Source: a virus. From it: a DNA stretch of 64,000 bases. Made by a program: the position numbers and the translations under genes. Position 1 is the first letter of the stretch. Each line of letters begins with the position of its first letter. The DNA is taken from the IMG/VR virus record IMGVR_UViG_3300029267_006021; one strand, 5' to 3'. The notes under the pieces are model-generated. The model had not been told where the DNA came from. It searched no databases and saw only the letters and a program-made list of their open reading frames with translations. Shown here piece after piece: positions 46,624-57,083 of the stretch.

Positions 46624-47660
46624 TGGAGAATTACCTTTCCATCTGGGAGTTTAATAGGAACCTCACGCATCCATCTTAGAGGTTCCCACCATTCACGGTT
46701 TGCCGCATACCATTTAATTGTTTTTTGCAAACCTTCTTTAAATGGAGTCTTTGCCTTCCAGGACCATTGCTTAAAAACTTTTTCAGTGGAAGCAATATGC
46801 CTAGTTACCTGTCCTGGACGATCATAAATGTACTCGATTAAATCTGAAGATTTTTCTAAGGACGATAAAATAAAATTGGCAATAAAGTTCAAATCATAAT
46901 CTTTACCTGAACCTGCATTAAAACATTGGCCAAATAAATTTTCACTTGATCTTAGGATAGTATCCAAAATTTCACAATGGTCATGAACAAAAATCCAATC
47001 TCGTGAAGCTGTCCCGTCTCCGTGGATTTTCAAAGGCTCGTTTAAAAGAGCGTTCGTTATGAAACGAGGTATTACTTTTTCCAAATGCTGGTTTGGGCCA
47101 TAATTATTAAAAGGTCTAACAATAATGGCAGGTATATTATAAGTCTTCCAATAAGAATAAACTAATCTATCAGCTCCGGCTTTTGCACTAGCATATGGGC
47201 TCATAGGTAAAAGTGGATGTTCTTCAGTCATCGGATCTTCTACCGCTGTACCGTAAACTTCTGACGTTGAAATATGTATAAACTTTTTTACTTTTGGATT
47301 TTTTAAAATAGCGCTACAAAGCGTTTGTGTTCCTAGAACATCTGTCTCAAAAAAGATACGATTATCAAAGATAGAGCGAGCAACATGACTTTCAGCAGCA
47401 AAATGAACGATGTAGTCAGAACGATCTACTAATGGGTTAACAATCTCAGGATTACAAATATTTCCATACCAAAACTCAAAACGATCAGAATCTAAAAGAG
47501 ATTTACTAAAATTCTGGAGATTACCTGCATAAGTCAAAAGATCTAGAACTATCAAACGGCATTGAGGATATTTATTAAAAAGAAACTTTACAAAATTGCT
47601 TCCAATAAATCCTGCCCCACCTGTAATTAAAATAGTAATCTGATCCATCAGTCCCTCCAA
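46620..47660 (-). CDS. rfbB: dTDP-glucose 4,6-dehydratase
   Basis: GGAGFIG, DLLTYAGN, HFAAESHV, SPYASAK, NNYGPNQ. Confidence 0.85.
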   Translation of the reverse strand: MEGLMDQITILITGGAGFIGSNFVKFLFNKYPQCRLIVLDLLTYAGNLQNFSKSLLDSDRFEFWYGNICNPEIVNPLVDRSDYIVHFAAESHVARSIFDNRIFFETDVLGTQTLCSAILKNPKVKKFIHISTSEVYGTAVEDPMTEEHPLLPMSPYASAKAGADRLVYSYWKTYNIPAIIVRPFNNYGPNQHLEKVIPRFITNALLNEPLKIHGDGTASRDWIFVHDHCEILDTILRSSENLFGQCFNAGSGKDYDLNFIANFILSSLEKSSDLIEYIYDRPGQVTRHIASTEKVFKQWSWKAKTPFKEGLQKTIKWYAANREWWEPLRWMREVPIKLPDGKVILH

Positions 47661-48568
47661 ACAGCTATACCAAAACCTGACGCCCCATAACCATTCCCAT
47701 TATATAAAAGATATTTTCTAGAATCATGTTTAAAAACACAAGGGAAACAAACTGATTCTGAATCCCAACCATCTGCAGAAATACTCAAGCCAATAAATTT
47801 ATCTTTTCGTTGCCAACTTAAACCATCCAAAGACTCGGCATAACCTATTCGAAATGTTTGAGCTTCTTTTGAAGCACGATAAGAGTACCACATTTTATAG
47901 AGATTATCTTCTTTTAGAACACATGGACGGCCTATAGAATACTCAATATTGGAATTGAAATCTATACAAATATGTCCAGACCTTTCCCACTCAAGCCCAT
48001 CAGAAGATTCTGCATATTTAATATGATAATAATGTTTAGGCTTATTATGCTCGACTACCCATTTAACTCCAGAACTATACCACATTCGAAAATAATTGTC
48101 TTCTTGGAGGACCCAACAAGTCCCGGCTAAAAATGGATCAATTTTATTACGACCTAAAATAGGAGATTTGGAGAGGCGAGAAAAGATAGATTCATCATTT
48201 TGGTTTGCTGCTACACCAAGAAAAGAGTACATTGGAACTGTTTTTCCTAAACTCCAACCAACATAATATAGGTATTTAACGCCACCAAAACTTAAAATCT
48301 GACAAGGAAAAAGACCGCTATCATCAAAAGTCCCTAAATCTCCTAAACTTAAAACAGGCCTCTGATCAACATCAATAATAACTTGTTTATTTAGATTAAA
48401 TTTTAAACGCCCAATTTGAGACCTATTTAAGGCATCTCGAGCAGCAAAATAAATATGGAAAAGATCTGTCCCAATATGCTCAACGCAGGGCATTGCAGCA
48501 TGCGAGCAAAGCCAATCCAAATTTGCATCTTTTGGATTAAAAATTAACCCTTTTTTAAGCCATGGCAT
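47648..48568 (-). CDS. Beta-propeller glycoside-hydrolase-like protein
   Basis: Repeated MWYS...IGYAES.DG..W blades. Confidence 0.75.
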   Translation of the reverse strand: MPWLKKGLIFNPKDANLDWLCSHAAMPCVEHIGTDLFHIYFAARDALNRSQIGRLKFNLNKQVIIDVDQRPVLSLGDLGTFDDSGLFPCQILSFGGVKYLYYVGWSLGKTVPMYSFLGVAANQNDESIFSRLSKSPILGRNKIDPFLAGTCWVLQEDNYFRMWYSSGVKWVVEHNKPKHYYHIKYAESSDGLEWERSGHICIDFNSNIEYSIGRPCVLKEDNLYKMWYSYRASKEAQTFRIGYAESLDGLSWQRKDKFIGLSISADGWDSESVCFPCVFKHDSRKYLLYNGNGYGASGFGIAVWRD

Positions 48569-49292
48569 TTCTTTTTGCCTGAATTAAAATACTAGTACAA
48601 AGTTCTGGATAATGGATTCCCTCTTTAAAAAGACCTGTTATGATCGAATTTGATAAATTCAAAGACTCAATTTGTTTAGTTGCAAAGGGCTTTAAATAAA
48701 TCCCCTCAACTGAATTAACATAATAACCACAAGCAGACACTAAAGAATTTAAAGAATTAACTGAAAAAAGGCGCTTATGTCCTACAGAAAGATCTGCTTC
48801 ACTTAAATCAGACAAATTTTTAATAAGCCCGGCATGTAAACCTAAACGCTTATTTAAAGCCTCAAAATTAGGAACAATAATAAATAAAGAACCGTCAGGC
48901 ACTAAATGCTTTCTAAATCTCTTTAATATAACTTCAGGATCTTGTACATGCTCTAAAATAAAACCCATCATAATAACATCAAAATAATCACTTGATTCAT
49001 ACTCCTCAAAAAGAGTATGAATTATCTTAGTATCTCCAATGGCTTTCTCTTTAAATTTATCAATTGCTTTTTTTGATCCCTCTATAATAACATGTTTAGA
49101 AAAATGTTTAGAGAATTTTAAAGAAGAGTCTCCATAACCAATACCTAATTCTAATACTGATAATTCTTCGGGGTTCTTTAACTGTGTTATAATTCTATCT
49201 GTGTACCAGTTTATAACTAATTTGGTTTCATCAGCATAAGGAAATGCTTCATAATTTGTATAGAAAGCATCAAGACTATCAAATAAAGACAT
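48555..49292 (-). CDS. Class I SAM-dependent methyltransferase
   Basis: LELGIGYG, FILEHV.DP. Confidence 0.9.
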   Translation of the reverse strand: MSLFDSLDAFYTNYEAFPYADETKLVINWYTDRIITQLKNPEELSVLELGIGYGDSSLKFSKHFSKHVIIEGSKKAIDKFKEKAIGDTKIIHTLFEEYESSDYFDVIMMGFILEHVQDPEVILKRFRKHLVPDGSLFIIVPNFEALNKRLGLHAGLIKNLSDLSEADLSVGHKRLFSVNSLNSLVSACGYYVNSVEGIYLKPFATKQIESLNLSNSIITGLFKEGIHYPELCTSILIQAKRNAMA

Positions 49293-49319
49293 AACAAACC
49301 TCTATTTTATTTTTACTAC

Positions 49320-49985
49320 CTAAAGCTTCATAAATCTACTAAATTGTTCTGAATCTAAACGAAAAGGTTTTGTGGGTTCCGTAACAAACACTTGTTTATC
49401 TGTTGTATCATTTAAAATAACTGTTTGTGAGCCAATAATGCATTCGTTTCCTATTTTTAAAGCATTACGAATGAAAGAATTGCCTCCTATAAAACAATTA
49501 TTTCCAATTTTGACATCTCCGCAAACAACAACATGTGACGAGAAAAAACAAAAATTTCCGATCTCAACATCATGGCCAAAATGACAACCGCTCCAAATAA
49601 CTGTGCCGACTCCAATCTGCATAAAAGGTTGTAAATTATTATCTTCTAGAATAAAAGAATTTTCTCCAATTTGAGTATCTCCCCAATGAGTTGCTTTTGA
49701 ACTCAGATATTTTGCAAACTTATATCCTTTTTCCTTTGCTTCAAGATATTTTGATTCACGTATAGAATTCAACTTTGAATAACCAATCGCTACAAACATC
49801 TCAAAAGATGAAGGTGGGGCATACCTCTCAATTTCGTCGAAAGGGATAACAGGTAGACCACAAAAATGACTTTCTTGTGGTTGGTCCTCTGTGAAACAAG
49901 TAATCGCATAAGAAGAATCTTTGATAAAATAAAAATGAGCTAATTGCGCAAATTTAGAAGTACCAAAAATAATAAGATTAGGCAT
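49320..49985 (-). CDS. NeuD/PglD-family sugar acyltransferase
   Basis: Rossmann N-terminus with VAIGY and hexapeptide repeats. Confidence 0.9.
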   Translation of the reverse strand: MPNLIIFGTSKFAQLAHFYFIKDSSYAITCFTEDQPQESHFCGLPVIPFDEIERYAPPSSFEMFVAIGYSKLNSIRESKYLEAKEKGYKFAKYLSSKATHWGDTQIGENSFILEDNNLQPFMQIGVGTVIWSGCHFGHDVEIGNFCFFSSHVVVCGDVKIGNNCFIGGNSFIRNALKIGNECIIGSQTVILNDTTDKQVFVTEPTKPFRLDSEQFSRFMKL

Positions 49986-49997
49986 TACTATCTCCTT

Positions 49998-50714
49998 CTA
50001 TAGTCTGAGACCCCCGTCTACCTGCAAAATTCGACCATTAAAAAAAGCATTTTCAATAATAAATATAAAACCTTTAATGATCTCTTCTTCAGTAGCTAAA
50101 CGTTTTAAAGGAGTCTGTTTAATCCATTTTTTCTGTAAATCTATAGGCATTTTACTTGTAATGCCTGAATCTACAAATCCTGGAGCAATCCCAGCAACTC
50201 GAATCTTGAAATTGGATAACTCTTTAGCCCATGTTAAAGTTAAGGATTCAACTGCGGCTTTCGAAGCGCTATAAGCAGATTGTCCGGAGTTTCCTAAGGA
50301 AGCGATAGAACTAACATTAATAATTAAACCCTTAACTCGATTCTGGACCATTTTCAGGACAACTTCACGAGTAACATAAAAAAGCCCATTTAAATTAACA
50401 TCGAAAACTTCATGCCATTCATCTATTGGGTGAGATATCAAACCTGATTCCGAAAAACCAACTAAAAGATGATCCTGTGTGACTGCCGCATTATTAATTA
50501 GAATGTCAACTGGATCAAGATCTTTTAAAGAATGATAAACATTTATTGCTTGGGAGACATTACACTTAATAAAATTATCAAAGGTAGCGGAATTATTTTC
50601 AACCAAATCTAAAACCGTGATTTGAGCTCCACGTTTCTTTAATTCTATAGCAAGAGATAAACCAATACCCGAAGATCCTCCTGTAATCAAAATATGTTTG
50701 TTAAGTAGAGCCAT
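49998..50714 (-). CDS. SDR family 3-oxoacyl-ACP reductase-like
   Basis: TGGSSGIG, NNA, YSASK, IAPGF. Confidence 0.88.
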   Translation of the reverse strand: MALLNKHILITGGSSGIGLSLAIELKKRGAQITVLDLVENNSATFDNFIKCNVSQAINVYHSLKDLDPVDILINNAAVTQDHLLVGFSESGLISHPIDEWHEVFDVNLNGLFYVTREVVLKMVQNRVKGLIINVSSIASLGNSGQSAYSASKAAVESLTLTWAKELSNFKIRVAGIAPGFVDSGITSKMPIDLQKKWIKQTPLKRLATEEEIIKGFIFIIENAFFNGRILQVDGGLRL

Positions 50715-50717
50715 TCA

Positions 50718-50951
50718 CTAAAAACCCTTCTTCTTTAAGACTTCAAGTATCTTCAAAAAGCTCTTCATTTCAATAATATCAGCAACTTCTAAAGTTATTC
50801 CAAATTCACTCTCAATAGTACTCATAATTTCTAAATGCCGCATTGAGTCCCAACTAGGAGTTTTTTGTAAAGAAACAGATTCATCAACTTGATCTGCGGA
50901 TAAATCAAAAATATCAGACAAAATTTTCTTGATTTGTTCTTCTAACATCAA
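50718..50951 (-). CDS. Acyl carrier protein
   Basis: WDSMRHL phosphopantetheine site, IESEFGI. Confidence 0.9.
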   Translation of the reverse strand: MMLEEQIKKILSDIFDLSADQVDESVSLQKTPSWDSMRHLEIMSTIESEFGITLEVADIIEMKSFLKILEVLKKKGF

Positions 50952-52525
50952 ATGCTCTCCAAAAAATTAGATTTAAAATAATCTACAAGAAGACGATAAA
51001 GAATTTTTTGAGTAGGTCCCTTTGGGATCTCCGATAAATCCGACAGCGTGTTGATTATAATTACTTCTTTCGGGCACTTAAAATAAGCAAGGTAATCAGC
51101 GCAAAACCCAATAATTGTCTTTTTATCAAGTGAACTATTTATAGTTAATTTTACAAACGCACAAAGTTCTTGTCCAAGTATGGGATCAGGTATACCAATC
51201 ACTGCACAATCTGCAATTTCTGGATGCTTAAGTAAAACATTTTCAGTCTCTGATGGATATATATTTTCTCCGCCTTTTATAATCAGAAAGTCATGTCTAC
51301 CCGCAAAATAAAAATAACCATCTTCTGTCTCATAACCATAGTCACCAGTATGGAACCACCCATTTCGAAAAGATTTTTCATTGAGGTCAGGCAAATTATA
51401 ATAGCCCCGTGTCACATTTAAACCACAAATACAAATCTCGCCAACTTCATTAAGAACAACATGGCCATTTTCATCTAAGACTTTCATTTCATTTATATTG
51501 AGAGGTCGCCCAACTGATCTCTTTCTTCGTTTTTCTGCTGGGTAATCATTAAAACATGAAAAAGATGTAGTTTCAGTTAAGCCAAAGCCTTCAAAAATTG
51601 GAACTCTAAAAGCGTCTTCAAACTTCTTTTGAATTTCTTCAGATAATGTTTGCCCCCCACAAATTATACCTTGTAAACTGCCCCTACGCTTTGATTTCTT
51701 CTCTCTTAATAAAACTGATAAAATAGAGGGCATTACACTTAACCAAGTACACTGATATTTTTCAACAATCTCCCAAAAAGACTTTAAGACCAAAACAGAC
51801 TCTACAAGAACTAAAGAACCTCCCACACTTAAAGGAGCAAGAAGAGTTACTACCTGCCCATTATTATGAAAAAGAGGTAGTATACATAAGGTCCTTGTCT
51901 CCTTATTAAATTGAAATTTCTCTGCAATAGCCTGGGCGTCATAAATTAGATTAGCTTGAGATAAGATCACACCTTTAGGGTTACCTGTAGTCCCTGAAGT
52001 ATAAATAATAACTGCATCATCCCAGAGAGAAGTCCTTAAAACATCCAAATTCTTCACTGAAAATAAATGTTCTGACGCAGAAAAGAGATTTAAATCAATA
52101 GAAATTTTCTTTATAGATAGAGTGTCAACTTTCGAGGATAACTCTTGTTTATAAAATAAAATCTTTGAATCACTATTGTTAGCAATAAAATCGATCTCTC
52201 GAGAAGATAATTTAGGATTAATTGGAACTACAATGATACCTGAAACAAGACAAGCAAAATATAATAACACGAATTCTTTACAATTATCGGCAAGTAAGCT
52301 AACATGATCTCCCTTTTTGAGTCCCATATTATGCTTTAAATAATAGCTTCCAGAAATCGCTGAGTAATATAATTCCTCAAAAGTCATTTGTGAATCAAAA
52401 AAGATTAAAGCTGTTCTAGAACCATAAAGAGTAGTCTGTTCTCTCAAGAGTTTATAAATATTAATATAACGAGGTGGGACCGCTTGAGAAAATTTAAGTT
52501 TCTGATGCTCTTCTAATTCAGCCAT
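50948..52525 (-). CDS. AMP-dependent acyl ligase (adenylation enzyme)
   Basis: YTSGTTGNPKG, GFGLTE, WFHTGD, GGENIYP. Confidence 0.92.
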   Translation of the reverse strand: MAELEEHQKLKFSQAVPPRYINIYKLLREQTTLYGSRTALIFFDSQMTFEELYYSAISGSYYLKHNMGLKKGDHVSLLADNCKEFVLLYFACLVSGIIVVPINPKLSSREIDFIANNSDSKILFYKQELSSKVDTLSIKKISIDLNLFSASEHLFSVKNLDVLRTSLWDDAVIIYTSGTTGNPKGVILSQANLIYDAQAIAEKFQFNKETRTLCILPLFHNNGQVVTLLAPLSVGGSLVLVESVLVLKSFWEIVEKYQCTWLSVMPSILSVLLREKKSKRRGSLQGIICGGQTLSEEIQKKFEDAFRVPIFEGFGLTETTSFSCFNDYPAEKRRKRSVGRPLNINEMKVLDENGHVVLNEVGEICICGLNVTRGYYNLPDLNEKSFRNGWFHTGDYGYETEDGYFYFAGRHDFLIIKGGENIYPSETENVLLKHPEIADCAVIGIPDPILGQELCAFVKLTINSSLDKKTIIGFCADYLAYFKCPKEVIIINTLSDLSEIPKGPTQKILYRLLVDYFKSNFLESI

Positions 52526-53753
52526 GTAAAAATTTCCCGACTCTCTCTAAACCTGTATGAATTTTTTTAAAACTTCCTACAAGCGGCCCAAAACTTAATC
52601 TAATACCTTTTTTCATCGAATTACCAAAACCCCATCCTGGAACAAATAATACATTAGTTGCTTCCAAAACTTTTTTCACAAAGCCAACGCTATCGGCTTC
52701 AGTTTTAATACAAATATAAGGTGCACTCTGAGCAGATATGTAAGGTAATTTTAAATTAGTTTTTATTTCTTCTTCAACAAAAGAAGCGGTTTTCTTATAA
52801 AAATCTCTTATTTCAGATATATACCCAGTCAATAAATTATTATCTAAAACTACTTTATCGATAAAATGAGTAAAAGCTAGCTGATGTAAAGTATCGGGAC
52901 TTAAACTCAATGAATTCTGTATTGATCTTAAGGAATCTATAATAAATTCTGGAGCCTCAACCCATCCCATTCGTCTTCCGAGATTTTTCGCCCACTTTGA
53001 ATTTGAATGAATAGACAAAAAGTTTGGGCTTGGTGCCCAAGAAAAATACTCAGGAATTTCCTCAGTAAAAGTAAGAGTTTTGTAAGCAAAGTCTAAAATA
53101 AGGAAACTATCAATTTTTTCGACAGCCTCTCTAGCCCGTTTAACAAAATTTGTTGGAAGTATTTGTGAAGTAGGATTATCCGGAGATATCAAAATAACAA
53201 CTTTCGGTTGCTCTTTTAAAATGAAATTAGATAAATCATCTGTCTTTTCATTTACTTCATACTCCCATAATTGTGTATTTAAAACAGGAAAGCGTATAAT
53301 TTCTATATCACAAGCTGTTAAAGACTGTATTGGATAATTGCAATAGGTTGGGTCTAAAAGTAAAATCTTTTCTCCAGGATTCATTAAACAAAGAATAAGA
53401 GCATAAAAGAGTTGAGTAGAACTCGACCCAATAGCAACATTAGCCACTTTTAAATCTTTAACATTAAAAAGGATCTGCTCAAACTGAATAATAGCCTCTT
53501 TACATTCATTAAAGCCTAAAGTCGGGGAATACTCACCAGTAAAGTCAAAACTATCTCTTATAAGAAATTCATAAGATTCAGATAAAGATATAGGAGCGTG
53601 ATGCCCAACGAATCCACCGGCAAAGCTAATTAGATCTTTCGGATTTAAACCAAGAGACTTAATAAATTGTGGGTCGGCAAAGTCCATAATCTCCCGAATA
53701 GGAGAAGGTCGCTGCAAAAACGTCATAGCTTTTTTTGAAATTTGATTTTTCAC
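52518..53753 (-). CDS. PLP-dependent class I/II aminotransferase
   Basis: SPDNPT, DFAY, SNSKW...GRRMGW. Confidence 0.88.
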   Translation of the reverse strand: MKNQISKKAMTFLQRPSPIREIMDFADPQFIKSLGLNPKDLISFAGGFVGHHAPISLSESYEFLIRDSFDFTGEYSPTLGFNECKEAIIQFEQILFNVKDLKVANVAIGSSSTQLFYALILCLMNPGEKILLLDPTYCNYPIQSLTACDIEIIRFPVLNTQLWEYEVNEKTDDLSNFILKEQPKVVILISPDNPTSQILPTNFVKRAREAVEKIDSFLILDFAYKTLTFTEEIPEYFSWAPSPNFLSIHSNSKWAKNLGRRMGWVEAPEFIIDSLRSIQNSLSLSPDTLHQLAFTHFIDKVVLDNNLLTGYISEIRDFYKKTASFVEEEIKTNLKLPYISAQSAPYICIKTEADSVGFVKKVLEATNVLFVPGWGFGNSMKKGIRLSFGPLVGSFKKIHTGLERVGKFLHG

Positions 53754-54511
53754 TTTAAATCCTCAGGTGTCAAAATACGCACATTCTTTGGTTTTGGTAT
53801 TACCATTCGTCCTGTTAAAATATCTAAACTCTCCTGTCCATGATTAAAAAGTAAGTCAACAATAGATAAATGCGAAATAAAAACATCTTGTTTCCATGTC
53901 TTCTGATTATAGTAAGGATGTTTATAGTCATGCCACAATAATGAATAACCCACTTCCTTAAATTGATCTTCATCTATATAATTCTTAGCTAAAACACCTG
54001 AAATATAAACTTTAACTTTGGGTAAAGTTTTCAAAATAGCGATAAGTTTATCACTTTTTTCAAGATGAGAAACATTCTTAAATTTTTGAGAAAATTTAAA
54101 CACTACATCTTTAATTCCGAGATAATTGACTATTTCAAGAACCAAAGCATAATTCAAATTTGAAATGTTAGAATGTTTTTCTCTTAAAGGTTTCTCAATC
54201 AAAGGAAAAACTTCAGGAAAGAAAGGAGTCTTTTTATAACAACTATATATAAGATTTAAATGCTTTTCTATCCAAGGTTGTGAATAACTAATACCAACTT
54301 CGCAAATTTTATATTCTCTAGAACTTTTTTTAAGATTAACTGGAACAGTAAGCCAACTCCATCCTTGGGGTGTACGACATCTATTTCGACTACGCCAATC
54401 TCGTTTAGTCCATTGAACATCATCAAGAAAAATAAAATAGTCACTCTGATCAATAAAATCAAAGAAACCTAACCAAGGTAAGTAGGCCGATTGTAAGATA
54501 GTACATTTCAT
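53750..54511 (-). CDS. WbqC family protein
   Basis: ILQSAYLPWLGFF...DDVQW...W.RNR...LSIVDLLFN.G. Confidence 0.92.
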   Translation of the reverse strand: MKCTILQSAYLPWLGFFDFIDQSDYFIFLDDVQWTKRDWRSRNRCRTPQGWSWLTVPVNLKKSSREYKICEVGISYSQPWIEKHLNLIYSCYKKTPFFPEVFPLIEKPLREKHSNISNLNYALVLEIVNYLGIKDVVFKFSQKFKNVSHLEKSDKLIAILKTLPKVKVYISGVLAKNYIDEDQFKEVGYSLLWHDYKHPYYNQKTWKQDVFISHLSIVDLLFNHGQESLDILTGRMVIPKPKNVRILTPEDLK

Positions 54512-55119
54512 TTATAAACATACACCGAATATTCCCATAAAGGGTAATCATGTCGCAAGATAACGCGGGGACTCAAATTTTCAATACAAAAATTAAGCAT
54601 TTTCTGTGGAGAATAATAAAATAAATGTTCTTCCTCAAAATCAACATATGAAGTCATCATGTTAAAAGCCAAACCTTTTCGAGTAAATTCAAAAAGCTTT
54701 ACGAGCATTGATTTTACAAACTCTTCCCATTCAGCATTTAAAATCTGATTTTTGACATAAAATAAACCTGAAATAACAATAAAGTCAGATAAAATTGGAG
54801 GCTCTTCTAAAACGTTTAATATCTCAAAACAAACTCCAGGAAATAAAGATTTAGCTTCTTGAATCATACTTTCAGAAATATCTGTCCCGGTATATTTACA
54901 GGAAATTCTCTGATCTCGAAGATACTTCAAAAAATGTCCGCAGCCACATCCCACATCATGCACTAATTTGTCTGAAAGGTCACCTATTTCACTTAAAATC
55001 TTAAAACGAAGATTCTGTGAGACATTATCTTTCCAATCAACTCCTTTAGATGTTGGACCATGAAGAGCAAGTTTAGATTCATAATAGTCTATAGTTTCTT
55101 TATAGATCTTCGGGAACAT
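54508..55119 (-). CDS. Class I SAM-dependent methyltransferase
   Basis: DVGCGCG, YTGTDIS, HDYPLWEY. Confidence 0.9.
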   Translation of the reverse strand: MFPKIYKETIDYYESKLALHGPTSKGVDWKDNVSQNLRFKILSEIGDLSDKLVHDVGCGCGHFLKYLRDQRISCKYTGTDISESMIQEAKSLFPGVCFEILNVLEEPPILSDFIVISGLFYVKNQILNAEWEEFVKSMLVKLFEFTRKGLAFNMMTSYVDFEEEHLFYYSPQKMLNFCIENLSPRVILRHDYPLWEYSVYVYK

Positions 55120-55975
55120 TTTTTAATTCTCGTTTTTCTTTACAAGTCCAATCTTGACAATTACGACAAATTTCTGGAACTTTTGACCATTGTTCCAAAA
55201 TATGATATTTTGCAAAGTCATGTACTTGTTTTGACCAAATTTCTTTAAGGGGCGTAGTATTAATATTTGAAAATACTGTGCGCCCATCCCAATCATTTAC
55301 ACAAAACGGAGTTCTGCCATCCCAATAAATGCCCAAAGTATCAAGAAGAGAAGGGCAAGAATAGCGATCAATTTCAGGTTGGTCGACTTCAACCATATCT
55401 ATCCACTGAGCAGGCTCTTTTATAAAAACACTAACCTCTCGCTGTCCCCAATAATCTGCAAAGAGTTTCTTTTCTTGTTCATTTTCAGCCATTGAAATCA
55501 ATTGAACAGAAACCTTTAAGTCTTTGGGCTTTATTTTTAAAAATTGATCAACATTATATAGAACCTTATTAAAATCTCCTCCAATTCGGATCTTTTTATA
55601 GGTTTCTTCAGTTGCGGCATCAATCCCAATATAAATTTCAGTGAGCCCTGCATCAATCAAAGATTTGGAAGTCTCTGGATCTAAAGCATTTCCATTAGTA
55701 TTAATTAAGTGATGTTTTAAACCTAAATATCTTCCAAATCGTATATATTCAGGTAGTCTATTTTTAATTATTAAAGGCTCCCCTAAAAAACAATACCATA
55801 AACGGATATGAGTATTAAAATCGGCAATTTGTTCTAAAATATTTAACATAAGTTCTTTTTTCATATTACCTAATTTACGCTTCGTTGTTCTTCGACCGCA
55901 CATCTTGCATTCAAGTTGGCAGTGGGCAGTTGTTTCAACAACAATATTTCTTGGATAACTCAAATCAACAATCAT
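55100..55975 (-). CDS. Radical SAM protein with SPASM/Twitch domain
   Basis: CQLECKMC, GEP, C...FCVND...CRNC. Confidence 0.9.
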   Translation of the reverse strand: MIVDLSYPRNIVVETTAHCQLECKMCGRRTTKRKLGNMKKELMLNILEQIADFNTHIRLWYCFLGEPLIIKNRLPEYIRFGRYLGLKHHLINTNGNALDPETSKSLIDAGLTEIYIGIDAATEETYKKIRIGGDFNKVLYNVDQFLKIKPKDLKVSVQLISMAENEQEKKLFADYWGQREVSVFIKEPAQWIDMVEVDQPEIDRYSCPSLLDTLGIYWDGRTPFCVNDWDGRTVFSNINTTPLKEIWSKQVHDFAKYHILEQWSKVPEICRNCQDWTCKEKRELKNVPEDL

Positions 55976-55977
55976 CT

Positions 55978-57081
55978 TTAATTCATCCTTTCATAACATG
56001 AAATTAAATTTTTGAGCATAAATTCCTTACCATACTTTTTGTAGCGGTCTCGAATAGAGATATAACGTTCTTGAAGATCTTTAAGATTCTCGATCGCATA
56101 TAACAAAGTGTGTATTATCTTCTTTTGATCTAAAGGCGTTCTCAATAAATGTTCTTTATGTTTTAACAAATTTTGAGTTTCTGGGGAATCAAAAATAATA
56201 ACGACTGCCCCGGAATAAAGTGCTTGAACATTTGTTCCAGCGAAACCTGAATCATGTGTTGTCATCGAATAAATAATATTATGTTCTTTAATTAACTGAG
56301 CAAAATCTCTTTGTGAGAGTTTTTTACTTATAAATGTACAATATTGAGAGATCTTTAATCTTTTTGTTAGATCTCTCATTTTAATAAGATAAGGCATCCC
56401 ATCTTGAACAGATTGACCAACCACTAGTGTTACATGCACATTAGTATATTTTCGAAGTAGACTTGGGATTGATCTAATTAGAAATTCTTGATTATAATGC
56501 GGAACCATAGAACGGGGCGAAAGAATTTTAGGTTCTAAAGAAACTTCACGTTGTTTTTCATAAAATGAAAGGTCAATCAAAGGTCGAAACATTACATATT
56601 TATTAGAAAGTTGTACACCGTAGAATTTTTCAAAGACCGGAACCATATGCGCCATACCATGCAAAAAATAATCAATAGTTTTAATACAAAAAGACTCATA
56701 ATATTTTGATTTTTTTGTTGGCCTTTTTATAGTTTGTGAACTCCAAGGCATAATGCATGTAGGCAATTTAAAAGTCTCTTTTGACAACCAAGTAGGAATA
56801 CAAGAATAAGTTAAGGAATGCCCATGAACTAAATTAGGCTTTTCAATTTTAAAAACTGTAGCTAAAAAATTACGCAATTTCGGAATATTGAAGGAAGATG
56901 CCCCATGATAAGATCTATAAGGATAGTGGTAAACCGGAATATGTTTAGAAGTTACACTCTGATGCTTAGGCATATAACTTATTAAACATTGTTTATAGCC
57001 TAATACATCCAAGGATTGTACTACATCTCCCAAATGTACAGAATGTGCTCCGCCGATATGACAAATCTTAGGCTTTTGCAT
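55978..57081 (-). CDS. GT4-like glycosyltransferase
   Basis: SVH..., KPNLVHGH, ILSPRSM..HYN, QALYSG. Confidence 0.75.
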   Translation of the reverse strand: MQKPKICHIGGAHSVHLGDVVQSLDVLGYKQCLISYMPKHQSVTSKHIPVYHYPYRSYHGASSFNIPKLRNFLATVFKIEKPNLVHGHSLTYSCIPTWLSKETFKLPTCIMPWSSQTIKRPTKKSKYYESFCIKTIDYFLHGMAHMVPVFEKFYGVQLSNKYVMFRPLIDLSFYEKQREVSLEPKILSPRSMVPHYNQEFLIRSIPSLLRKYTNVHVTLVVGQSVQDGMPYLIKMRDLTKRLKISQYCTFISKKLSQRDFAQLIKEHNIIYSMTTHDSGFAGTNVQALYSGAVVIIFDSPETQNLLKHKEHLLRTPLDQKKIIHTLLYAIENLKDLQERYISIRDRYKKYGKEFMLKNLISCYERMN

Positions 57082-57083
57082 CT

